From an uncultured Planctomycetia bacterium (GTDB lineage Bacteria > Omnitrophota > Gorgyraeia > CAYWPX01), in assembly GCA_964460615.1 (NCBI GenBank), contig CAYWPX010000004.1:19116-83115 (forward strand): a stretch of 64,000 nucleotides of DNA, read 5' to 3'. Made by a program: the position numbers and the translations under genes. Positions 60,701 to 63,812 of this stretch are shown piece after piece (position 1 is the stretch's first letter; each line of letters opens with the position of its first letter). Under the pieces are notes generated by a model. That model was not told where the DNA came from. It saw nothing but the letters and a program-made list of their open reading frames with translations, and did no database searches.

Positions 60701-62576
60701 TGTTTTGCGTTCCACTTGTAGAACCTGAACTGGTAAAATTCGACTGTCCGATAACATAACTGGCGTTCATTCCGTTTGATATACTTGTAACATCATAAAC
60801 TGTGACACGGTTATTCCCGTATCCAACAACAAATAGTCTTCTATTGGTACTGTCATAAGCTAACCCTCTCGGGGTATAAAGCCCGCTTTGGGTTGTTGTC
60901 CCGGAGGAGCCGCTAAAGGTAGTCTGGCCTATTACATAACTGGCGTTCATACCATTTGTTATCCCGGAGCTCAGGTCAAAAACAAGAACCCTGTGGTTTG
61001 TGCCGTCAGAAACAAATAAATAATTTCTCGCACTGTCATATATTACATCTGTAGGCTGGTTCATAGTAGATTGCGTAGCAGAAGAACTATATGAAGTAAA
61101 ATCCGTCTGGCCTAAAACATAATCTGCCGCATAATCTACAAGGTGATCGGTTGAATCAAGATTAAAAACTAAAACTCTGTTATTATTCGTATCAGCAACA
61201 AATAACCTGTGATTTACAGAATCGATCGCAGGGGATCCAAAAGGCTGGCTAAACCCTCTATTATTTGGCCCGCCATTAATAGCCCCTGTTGTATAAACAG
61301 GATTACCCGATCCATCCAACTGACCCAGCAAATTGGATGCATTCATACCGTTTGATATAGAAGCAGTATTAAACACCATTATTCTGTTGTTAGAATAATC
61401 ACCGACATATAAATTTTGGGTTGTCCCGTCAAAAGATACGCCATATGGCGAATATAACCTGTTTTGCGAAGTTGTATAACTACTCCCTGACCATGTTGTC
61501 TGCCCAAGAACGTAACTCGCATTCATGCCATTTGACATAGTAGTAACATTAAACACCATTATCCTGTGGTTATTCCTGTCCGTAACAAAGAGCAGTTTAT
61601 TTGTACTGTCATAACCAAGGCCGCATACACCACTTAGTGTAGATTGGCTTGCCGAACCTGAAGTTCCTGTCCAGGTGGTCTGCCCTAAGACATACGAAGC
61701 ATTCATTCCATTACTGATACCCGAATTAAAATTAAAAACCAATACTCTGTTACAGCTTAGATCGCTTACGAATAAATTCTTTGTTGTTGAATCATAGGCA
61801 AGCCCTATCGGCCAGGTCATCGTATTCTGCGATGCTCCGCCAGAGTAAGTAGTAAAATCCGGCTCCCCAAGAACATAAGTAGCATTCATGCCATTAGTAA
61901 TGCCACCGGCCAAGCTAAATACTAATACCCTTCTACGATTTCCATCAGCCACAAATAGATAATCGTTCGAATTGTCATAAAGCATTTGTGCGGGATAATA
62001 AAATCCGTTCTGGCCTCCTCCTGTTGCGGTATTAGTAAAATTTGACTGGCCAATTACGTAGCTGGCATTCATACCATTTGTAATGCCACTGGATAGATCA
62101 AAAACCAAAACCCTATTGGCATTCTCTTCGGAAACAAACAATCGTTTGTTTGCGCTATCATACGCCAAATATTTAGGGCCCACCATATTATTCTGGGAAG
62201 CCGAGCTGACATTTGTTGAAAAATTAGGTTGTCCTAAAACATAATCTGCAGATCTATCCACAAGATTATTACTGCTATCAAGATTAAAAACCAAAACCCT
62301 GCGGTTAGTGACATCGGCAACGAATAACCTATGGTCAACAGTATCTACTTCAACGCCCATAGGTTGGTAAAGAGATCTATTACTAGGGGTGTCATTAGGC
62401 CCATTTTTTGTATAAATAGGTGAACCGGCATCGAGTTCGCCGGCAAGATTTATAGCATTTGCGCCATTTGTTATTGAAGCGGCAAAAGAAAAAATAGCAC
62501 TTCCACTTAAAATTAAAACGAAAGTGCTAATAATAACCAATATTCTGATATTTTTTATTTTCTTTTTAGTTTTCAT
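36795..62576 (-). CDS. Giant secreted or surface protein of about 8590 aa with these segments: Sec signal peptide; NHL-repeat beta-propellers; G/S/T/N-rich beta-helix-like repeat modules; LamG (concanavalin A-like) domain; CBM4_9-like carbohydrate-binding domain; C-terminal Ig-like domains; Pro/Gln-rich tail
   Basis: An uninterrupted 25.8-kb ORF. The likely start is the ATG at 62574-62576 (MKTKKKIKNIRILVIISTFVLILSGSAIFSFAAS), with an AAGGTG RBS 6 nt upstream. The track start at 62621 is TTG. About 14 NHL repeats of the type NNRVLVFDL/NNRIMVF span aa 60-795. The LamG signature spans aa ~2770-2975 (WYHIAYTV..YKIYVNGVE..GSIDEVRVYDYAL). The CBM-like domain spans aa ~4140-4290 (FESGTFETGDFTGWANE). 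There are large internal repeats. Codon usage and composition match the neighbouring genes. Confidence 0.8.
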   Translation of the reverse strand: MKTKKKIKNIRILVIISTFVLILSGSAIFSFAASITNGANAINLAGELDAGSPIYTKNGPNDTPSNRSLYQPMGVEVDTVDHRLFVADVTNRRVLVFNLDSSNNLVDRSADYVLGQPNFSTNVSSASQNNMVGPKYLAYDSANKRLFVSEENANRVLVFDLSSGITNGMNASYVIGQSNFTNTATGGGQNGFYYPAQMLYDNSNDYLFVADGNRRRVLVFSLAGGITNGMNATYVLGEPDFTTYSGGASQNTMTWPIGLAYDSTTKNLFVSDLSCNRVLVFNFNSGISNGMNASYVLGQTTWTGTSGSASQSTLSGVCGLGYDSTNKLLFVTDRNNHRIMVFNVTTMSNGMNASYVLGQTTWSGSSYTTSQNRLYSPYGVSFDGTTQNLYVGDYSNNRIMVFNTASISNGMNASNLLGQLDGSGNPVYTTGAINGGPNNRGFSQPFGSPAIDSVNHRLFVADTNNNRVLVFNLDSTDHLVDYAADYVLGQTDFTSYSSSATQSTMNQPTDVIYDSARNYLFVSDGTNHRVLVFDLSSGITNGMNASYVIGQTTFSGSSGTTTQSGLYTPRGLAYDSTNRRLFVVGYGNNRVTVYDVTSISNGMNASYVIGQSNFTSSGSTSGTQNRFFAPKGVAYDDGTTVKRLFVVDSSNQRVMVFDVTSITNGEDAINVLGQPDFSTTWGTCSQSKLVNPEGAAYDSIDKRLFVADYGNSRIMVFDVNEITNGETALYVLGQPNFTTSSYGLTQNKLSYPRGVTYDSTNKIIIATDTGNNRLMFFDGTPPLTRYWVASGSGNWSDPNNWSSSSGGDGGAGAPVTGDTAIFDGANGKNGNLVIDTNISVGTLDFQAGYSGTITQGANTITASIIMNLMGTDLTLGADLTCGGNLTIGANRTLSLNGKNLVVSGTFSNDGTVKLNGDETTVTLTGDTNSGLFEYNASSGTKSIKNIGYYNLKIDGGATFRLSTASTTTVYGNLDIISGTLDTNDGTTNRTLQLSGSGNITITGTLNANSSNIYCPGNWDSSNGVFNKGTSAVYFSGTSGIKTVKLGNGQSFNNLSKSSGSTLQPLSNIEIGGIFSVASGIFDQGSYDLRVVGNVSVNGGGTWQNNGTGDVTLGGGVANSGTITFNGNGGTAAGGDNDDILIRSTVDNTQRAWSGTGTFTMIDVNVKDQTRTGTAIAVVSGTDSLNNVGWIFVGANTVCGSIYTSDLVSKVEGGLSVKAVINGTTTYNTTTTSNGDFVFNDVSLVANDKMIIYISGSAVKGSLVTKVSTGGTLSGLEFYAGFVTLRHEAGITQLTNADLISAKISDTDILYDMSGNNAIFTQGLYVPRNKIYVPGGNISIQGNWDIRGSFTPGQYDVTFNGSSAQTMNGSMELLFNSLTISNTSGVSAYGYQEIYISSHLTISEDALYDIGNAMFSASEAQFDNNGTFKIGGGSYPIINNDLDSGTIWYYGNSYWYGDSLPLGSTYNNLKISDYFLVFSDSGEVYIYVANNLDLSGDLYINGYDVFINTDYDGNGVGSFNHTSGTVTVSSGSLSTYLHIYSTGATYLNNIVVGSDFMGSSGYLYVYSDNISGASSTDSITLNEGATISCSEMSWSAYIGFFSNTNIAINGAISLPLGVMSSMDFNFDYDNTDAAGSESFSIGPNGNVVGYSNSVNVTKGGSWTASSGDFLSKISASMATIKSNTGAFTLNTGLSSSIATLTLQAETDLTINSPLAIAGSVTFNANNNIAVNDNITATAATSVSMKADNDGNGTGDVSILAGKTVSLGANTTFYFKQNSNIVSADLFTGETPRITGGGGSSITLYSTKNDITINSDLTRTYCLFYAANDLNINSNIVTTSSTSNSFYADYDSSGVGLFKQAQSSTITSSYNLLIYSSYSSGNAGSIGNIVTTGSTATPVFYKRAGASNAVYNAYDGVNINSNYAISIQSGVTINAQNSNWSCKYTFSAVGTFNGGTSTLTFNGTGNQSFSNGATNTYNNIVINNTGVSPNNRITPNATLTVNGDITITAGVLNLGTSSPNVTIGGNVTIANGATWTKQVTAERSVMFTGAGKIFKDSNVTTQNIGTVNINGSLSIDATGNGMTVQTVFINNGGTLAVGASILTSVGLLQIASGGTLSATTGTIYCGSNWDNTNGTFIYGSSTVVMNGTGSISCGVFAQVPKRFYNFTINTSGTITLNTGICLANGGKLKLQSGTLNGAYDMYVYASANSFENNGIIYGAQKPTVDLLINSTNPASPNILPGVTSQNPYPHLNIRGGVGDASSYGKLGGNIYCSNFMIATWQTNDVGVIDTDSPNNYSITVTGDMNIGATWDSSHSSQLLANNSTISVTGYVNIRPNTSANVSAIVFGDGTSYAAPSMTIGGDFTNSGTLTGGNATINCAGSWSGTGSFNYGTSTINLNGTASGKTFDPGTAALYILKVNGQGGYWTLVNHNLTVSNSLEVIRGTFDMSTFNLTANNYVIVGGNSGETGILRGGSGNMTIGGAGAGHLDIRSGTFVASNTVNMSDAGSFNCAAAENADWMTNTSTFDINALDFQLIGTFNNLIIEDTRDTGVSSPSGEATINGDLTINGSSTGPGLDPFGLTVNGSLVLNGDALVAIQQGYYLPVAGSVTINGNANIAIIDDGGIEVGGNWTNNTSGGFSSTEYGVIKFTGSGTSIISGNNMFYNLDLSTESGKTIKFEAGSLQIIQGIIWLSGSDESHKLTLRSTVDDTRYTLRLYEDFSATYVDVKDCVSDSTLISAGEGCVDSGNNRAWSFGRLMGWWKLDGDALDYSGNGYDGTETGITYGSGVMVEYGRNPGTASASFDGLTSYISIPNSPEIVGSYTVEAWAKLTGNGTEIAIFGSRSPWDSSFDFKFEGGTTIHGDIGDGDEWVTTYADASYAYSLNTWYHIAYTVTTTGYKIYVNGVEAQAENFAQHSLPLLSDSNHELVIGNAGIGHSEFFKGSIDEVRVYDYALAPTDIANHYKNGWNGEGEWSSSSNWAAGQLPATEGRALIESGTVLLNSTYEVGSFGMSGGTLDGSEGTLMVNGNLSFSNGAFTKGLSTIIINNSGSITSNNQQFNNLAIYPGNLVTIADNLNVTGTLDIVGTLTQTTNNVTAGSVIVEAPGLWENFSTGDVVLGGSVSNDGIIDFEGNPSAGDPISITSSVTGTQRNWQGAGVFTLLDVNVKDQSCIGGTPASIAPGSSTNSGNNTNWVFGEGASNTIAGSLYNAIGGSKITDAKTIKVSINGSTPTQATSSNGDFSLTTSDTLVANDIITVYLSGDTLKASTVTKVSATGDLTGINIVQDYTTIRHEGSITSLTNSDLANMNNLSDTDKLFSVSSGNATFTKGINVLDGKTYTPTGNVVSSGDVAINNGSFLNIYTGTSSYNLSCVNMLINSGGTLFAGTNNSTGTSTITVSGNWTSTSGTFTYGKSTVNLTGTGAINPSTVTAWTAKFYNLTCGASGQVTTLNLTFGVDGVLTIGAGTLTMTGSNTIYLYKSGDALSLDSNAIVDTSFSFISASPQNLPAHTYKRNINIAGSSSTVNQTGEVTIDGHLSIVGDGYAARVDAFNTNSFPLTVKGNLAVGYNTTNQDNNKTLTLGNSTVNIGGNFYQYGVFNSNTSTVIFNGSTAQAIYINAGSFNKLTINNSANTVSLYSTTTTVGSDFTIQSGTFNPNGKTLNVTGNFLKSGGTLYINSTTDLLSVTGNFTVTGGTTNTTSAAGSGAVIQVRGDISISGNNSFDFNYGRIEMLGAGNSAISVSGTNNDFGYNASTYFDINKTNLTDTVTLNSNLNGKHFRHNSGTFDVNGFTASFTGVYYGSTGSQPAKLKMSSGTLNIGRMNYNGGTNSPWYCGPNWSEDISGGTITVYGGQHATYGTAYFANGSNFTPTGGTFRFGGWDTASIFVAETDTADFNFYNLTISDGIYSKSVVIHSSSNPISIKGDFVINQYTSFNANGKTINLSGSWVSSGTFISGNNEVILDGAEGVKYISNNIGSFYDLTISGTGSWSLSGNATVSNEFSISNGNLSLDTYALNIAKYSQTGGTVTGENGIITSTGDFSITGGTFNPVNSTLTLDTTTNNIAFNAGGKQFNNIIFQNNGEMNDKSVTVGAGNYSVNGNIYLFGGPTNEIGLDGSVSSPNFTVLGGVHTLGNVFESGTFETGDFTGWANENPNAQASIASDDAHSGLYSLDVQRNIYSSDYESWSVVSSDFDPMDALRVSLYIKGYVEGCCDDLKVFVKDSEDVYHELHSFRDENYDDWTQVSWDVTPYSPITGIKFEGYNDVQDVSTALIDDITVLVKGHTGSRQGSIYPGSGVWSVEGDLDLTDINLVSGNSEFKLTGSASASVYGTSSFYKLTLETTLGGLDKQISFEKGKTQTVTNTFSIAGASGRVVLLRSTEDDVDGAVDDRYTIAIPGNITSGISYADIKDSVVTGGTIRAPWSNGCVDSGNNSGWIFGDIIAGSLYDAIGGAKITSSKNLKLTVNGALAGTGSTSNGDFSMFSTSAISENSVIAIFVDEDAVKASTVTKVSSSGDISGVNIFQNFATLRHEDGITSISNTDLAIADNINDSDCLVSVDGANKATFSNGVYILTGKVYNPGANIDVAGDWTNGQAFTCGTSTVTFNGTTTQNLKPGNSSFYNLVISNTTANGVQVSTTQLSTLSNGRVTISAGAVLDINTVNFYPYYITNNGTLRMEGGQTVGSYQPINADAGTVELDGSGSYTAFPFSAGTVFYNLKFSGSGTWTISIPSVIPYGYYFYANNNLDIASNITFGGYQWGSAYFYADYDNNGSGTFTQTAGTITIPYVTVYIYSSGNTTLGNNTRTNSYPGPSLMVYSDNAADDSIVVNGAIIGEPGLYANKDITLNGTITNSMAMMGAVLRADYDSTGTGDIMFGGSSQITSSSVTLEKASWTIDNLDMFYKLSSVTSISLYTRGPSGSVTINTPISTGYPYIYIYTNNNININENLTFSSSTGSIVFNADNEANGSGDIIIASGKQITLGASQSLTLKQASSISTSNLFGGGTPKISGGTGGYIILTSTKNDITMDSVLSRTYFAVYAGNDLFVNSNLTGTTSGGTVFQADYDSNGAGAFKQAQGTTIQSVGQVSLYTSGTAATVGNINLTGSSGYLYLFRRVAGSSVSYTVYDNATITTAGTGTGNALFDGVTLYMGSSNWFIKGLFQINSSGGASIVPQNSTITFNGATNQIITGVATFNNFVVANTGSAGNNRVRLASTLTINGNFSLNSGGVDATYGNPNITIAGASNTFTLASGTTWLKQTNANTVTFSGAGTIIKDSNATTLDMGNAVINGSVAVDSTGSGMKTTTLTINPANSLNISNTTLTILGTGTPFTNSGTFTTTGSTVIYTGTTTDTNITATQYNNLALTPSGLTTYILAGNLSGATAMTGTLTLNTDARFDINGKNLTTGGNINIAANTARLQQNFPSGSFGGNTIALGGNMNNSGGGTINISGVSGNNIIITSTNTTQRNWTSTNVTIDYATVSYQNCTSGTIRVNNGLDAGYNTNWMFGAINTVSGSLYDGIGGSKITESKVVEVSINGSSSTFWTTTSNGDYTMEVSGYIGNNIVNVFVAGDDVEASTVTTLGAAANIAGLDMFQDYVTLTHEADKTEITNSDIANAAELGDPAILFSADGDDITFDKGVYIISGKTYNPGGNILVAGNWTNGGTFTYGTSTVTFNGSEVQTLKPGLSFFYNVIISNTTADGVQLSTNALNTATGGRVTISEGAVLDINALGMAAFYLTNQGTLRAEGAQTIITGFPMNTDSGTVELDGSGTYNGLPFFDGTIYYNLRIIGSGSWTLTKTSNYSIYCNNNFDLASNLTINNSFTYSITIYADYDNDGSGRFNQTAGTLTSNVAQNNLNIYSGNETVINNINLTGWMTAANIYSDNNPGTELDNITINGTLTLSMMASYYLYSNGNITINSVISTAPTFTCDYDNNNAGDILFGASGGLSNASAYLKKGGNWTFDTAILDKLTSCTYLTVQSMTGSITINSPITKAYSYLYLYANTDLIINDNITLNGSNGSVYLHADYNNTGAGDISIASGKTVTIPAGSALSYKQTSSLAVSDLYSGTPAKISGGTTSSLVLSSTRNNLTIDQDITRTNIYLYAGNDLNINSNLTSTTSGIQLVADWDSSGAGSFKQNSTSTILDQGSNLDIYSSGDTGTIGNITITPANGGVRFYKKAGAQATYTVHDNAILRSNTSSGNAHFTIDSSSVVVNAGASTWLVKGTFSNYGTFHGENSTLTLSPTAANNYFRTGGSNGYYGTINIQPASGISCGVVGELTNVTGTLTVVSGIFDLANQDPNVTLSGNVVIASGATWLKQDLAGRTTTFNGTGKTFKDSNATTQDLGLVTIIGSLTVDSTGSGMKVTNLTINSGKTLDISNSNLVILGTGTPFTNSGTLTTTGSTVIYRGSTTQTNITATQYNNLILTPATATTYKLADNLSLGTAMLGSLTINANATLDLNGKNLVTGGDINLTAASSKLVQNYPTGSLGGNFFYLGGNMNNSGGGTISIKGTSGNNIVISSSDNVNKRNWTSTNVTIDYATVSYQHCTSGVIIVSNGTDAGNNINWRIGAVVAISGGVYDENYGNLAGVRNVSLVVYYALTDSVSRFDGQTDAGGNYTIYVNPYAANDVLSGFMNIDGVETGGVIVVSAPSSNPVWLNIYQNSVTVGEVGAVYEKTVTASDLTRVDRNAVGDTDIPYQYSGGTLTLDSGFNLIQDLEKTLDLGATNLNMSGSIDNYGSINATGGTVTLSGTSKFIGDYNEGGFSLNNLRISGSYILNVYNGTAITGTLTIDSGASFTSMDYLTCANIVIDGAMDITSGTLAVTGTGTPLTKGVNGTFTTTGSTVFYTGSGTTTNVATLGYNNLTFAPDSATTYNLSGDLTGVNIMTGNLSIYSTATLDVRPSTTDYSIACNNISISGILDASASSSTFTVGGNWNSSSGNFNCGSSTINLVGLAPIFNTGDDKSVFNLNTVTAGQTVTIAGRTYIDGTFTVGSFLGNKVTVLNPGKILDLRNAENPIVFVGSYNQNPGYNIDGLYVTFNPADDGIIPAGRYGSAYIYPRGSYTLTMQGSCTFGVLTLYPQSNGQTSTLDTGGFDLNMSSLTLSHANGALKYGKVIARNSTVNITGNVMIYSSDTGNKNIFDAGSANISVGGNWTNNDTFIKGTSSITLNGAAGQSITTGGALNGFNDISITNASSSGISFLDSLYTDTLSVNTTNLSSGVVLKFKNGVTHTIADSLSLTGVANKLITLNSTLAGSQWSLSAPSGTIVSYVKVKDSNASSFDITANHSANDSGNDDLLASPRWVFPSSTITWLGSSSTGWGLGANWDGGYVPNTTDNVVIAQASRNPLLDVGRAVKSLTINANGDLTCGDKLLTVTENIVNNGTLRTSTGGFTSAGFTSTGSYIATGTNIIITTNDVAISGVFTHNSSTTLFMSGTANLSSTPPLYNLMIEEDSVITPSGTIIINGLYSREPATSSATVNWTTNSSILELRSDINQTLLDSEYYSLVLSKDSAPHVTYELSTDITVENVLSIGSGAVLDTTSDNYNITLGGNWENAGTFLANQSTVEFIDASRTSIVGGSTDFFSLSCYQPGKVFLFEAGTTQSIAEGGELILMGTGGGLITLARYDGSGTDRWNLRINKSYSVTGVNVSDSAVLIPDGTNYTITASDSNNGGNNTVPPWIFLGVKRYWVAQNTAFWNSAANWSDYESGSGGLSVPEAGDMVYFGSEGLGDCNVDVDITLVSMEINNYSGTINFGNHNVNVVGDLNIRNGGKIISGTGSTVIGGSFSIGTASEAVFTNSNLDIKNNMYFNGRFVAPAASKSFTLKGNFTNDLGQFVNSSGTVSFYSTMDSEISGDNTFYNLNCTTGGKKLSFADSSTQIIASDLTLASSSTGIITLQSSSSAGTWSINFTKSGVEYLSYDYLTVTGGISNIPVYVKNSTNVTGCINWYKVPVTGDTISTANVQPASLVAGSTGEVMVDFTTSKQLPSNAIIDVVFSSSFTLNSKGTTSVSSSTIDGDLVVSNPSTTTVRIVRSSGSLESSGTERLTLTSIMNPISVGSDGTYSIYIKLPDNNETVIDQVENIAADTFRLGSFIVSASSQQVSGVEFEITITAKGADNVTITNYSEEINLATTYVTPDSGTKTLTPESHSSWSNGVATVNAKYNDCGTIVIKAAQSTDPTIEGESGNIAFIPYDFVVTTSAYNASTTSNASSTATSTGSSSSVTGTSQTVNRPFSIDVAARSASGGVTPNYAGPANLAIQYVTPSTNQQGTLSKAVLSDADFNNGLARLSGVTYNKWGAIRIVASDGTDATKKGISQIITFNPNNFAISLSRPLASRNFYYVNEPFNMDLVALDYNGAKIGNYSGTVGISDTSFGLPASYTFSASDLGLHKFVGLKGSSEELKTFTVQDRINNSVTGSGNFTIRQGTIKIISTTSPVGAKEVDVQIVDSSGNIITQDSSTRFTISLSEAIDDASSTSEAVTKPVIIMNGVAKFIVRDTQGEVVTITPTSTPLLLSVPGTVTFGTVKGAGVNVRMWREVRPMIAPKVKTIVTPSISTSPVKSIAPQPQQLAPQPQQVTPQATTPKEGMDKEKNMFQKDNSQDKLDSE

Positions 62577-62610
62577 TTTACACCTTTTTGGGCTTATGCA
62601 TAATAATAAC

Positions 62611-62640
62611 AAAAAACCCAAGCTCCAATTTCCGCTTGGG
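62611..62640 (-). terminator. Hairpin plus U6 intrinsic terminator/attenuator about 35 nt upstream of the giant gene start codon
   Basis: The minus-strand RNA reads cccaagc-ggaaauugga-gcuuggg followed by UUUUUU. It is located between the structured leader (62641..62870) and the RBS of the giant gene. Confidence 0.5.
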
Positions 62641-62679
62641 TTAATAAGAAAATTTAAAGTTAATTTTTCTTAATTTCGG

Positions 62680-62870
62680 CAGCCCTGCTATCCCGAAACT
62701 TCGGGACCAGAAGCTTTGCTCCGACGCCTTATATTTCAGCTGTCGGAGTTCCGACTTCCAATAACTAATTACTGGAACATCGGAACGTCCCCGGATTACT
62801 CCGGGTTTGCCTCCCGACGTTTGCAGTCGGGACCCGCACCAAGCGGATTTTCGCTTATATTCTAATATAA
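62680..62870 (-). promoter_or_regulatory. Highly structured region of five consecutive near-perfect GC-rich hairpins; candidate 5' leader, riboswitch-like element or small ncRNA. Strand uncertain
   Basis: Hairpins, each in an AT-rich context: cccgaa-ac-ttcggg; ctccgac-N16-gtcggag; ttccga..ccagtaattagttattgg..tcggaa; ccgga-ttac-tccgg; cccgac-gtttgca-gtcggg. The ORF-track 85-aa ORF 62641..62898 overlaps these hairpins and is probably not coding. Confidence 0.35.
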
Positions 62871-63175
62871 GTATATCATAAGAATGGTTATTTATCAATA
62901 GGTCCCCATTTTTAATGTTTTTTTAATATTTTTCTAACATTTCTTAACAAATTTAACTTTTTCTACAACTTTTCAAAAGTTATTTTATATCTTTACTATA
63001 ATTATAGCTCTTTTTATCATTCCTGAATTCCCCCCGACTACTACATTCGAGGGCAGGTTTTGTCAGGAATCTATCATTTTGTCATACCTGCCTACCGGTT
63101 TACCTGCCGTAGGCATGGCAGGCAGGCCCGAGATCTTTAGTCGGGTATCCAGTTCTTATTTATAGATTCCCGCCT

Positions 63176-63222
63176 GCGGCGGACAGGCCCGCCTGCGCGG
63201 GAATGACAGATTATTAAGTTTA
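63176..63222. repeat. Left copy of a 41-bp perfect direct repeat (ggacaggcccgcctgcgcgggaatgacagattattaagttt) flanking the GIY-YIG gene
   Basis: The identical 41-mer recurs at 63769..63809. It contains the hairpin cccgc-ctgc-gcggg. Confidence 0.85.
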
Positions 63223-63264
63223 AGCTCTTTTGTCATACCCGCATTGTTCTTGGCGGGTATCCAG

Positions 63265-63555
63265 TTATTTTATCAATTCAGGATATAAGTCATCCCAATT
63301 TGGATTATCTTTTTCAATAAGCCTGATTTTCCATTCTCTTTTCCACTTTTTCATCTGTTTTTCTTTTAATATGGCAGATTCAACATCAGAAACTTCATCA
63401 AAAAATACCAATTTGCTAACATCATATTTCTTTGTAAATCCATCCACCAAGCGATTCTTGTGTTCAAATACTCTTTTAATAATATTATTTGTTACTCCAA
63501 TATACAGCGTTCCATTCTTTTTACTTGCAAGGATATAGACATAATATTGGCTCAT
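63265..63555 (-). CDS. Small GIY-YIG nuclease-family protein (96 aa)
   Basis: MSQYYVYILASKKNGTLYIGVTNNIIKRVFEHKN contains the GIY...YIG motifs with conserved R and E. It is a stand-alone catalytic domain. Confidence 0.8.
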   Translation of the reverse strand: MSQYYVYILASKKNGTLYIGVTNNIIKRVFEHKNRLVDGFTKKYDVSKLVFFDEVSDVESAILKEKQMKKWKREWKIRLIEKDNPNWDDLYPELIK

Positions 63556-63761
63556 ACTTCTTTAATTAAATTTCCTTTGATTAACTAAACCCTGGATTCC
63601 CTTAGGAATTTTAAATCATAAAATTCCAAGGACTTAGTCTCCCCCGAAATTGCAAAGCAATTTCTGGGGATAAAATCCTGGAAATTGAATCACAATTTCT
63701 CAGGACCGGAAATGCTACGCATTTCTCGGGCCCGCCTGCCGGCCCTCGGCTTCGCCGCGAG

Positions 63762-63812
63762 GCGAGCGGACAGGCCCGCCTGCGCGGGAATGACAGATTA
63801 TTAAGTTTTAAT
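63762..63812. repeat. Right copy of the 41-bp direct repeat
   Basis: Matches 63181..63221 exactly over 41 nt. Confidence 0.85.

Noticed and set aside
36795-62621. Possibility that the giant ORF is an artefact, for example several fused genes or an antisense frame
   Set aside because: There is not a single in-frame stop in 25.8 kb. There is a clear signal peptide and RBS at the 5' end. Recognisable NHL, LamG, CBM and Ig domains are in frame, and a strong terminator follows the stop. The plus-strand ORFs within it are short and Pro/Val/Leu-rich shadows. Repeat-collapse mis-assembly cannot be excluded from sequence alone.
62641-62898. ORF 62641..62898(-) 85 aa
   Set aside because: It falls exactly on the five-hairpin structured element. 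The product is basic and low-complexity with no RBS. I interpret the region as RNA or regulatory.
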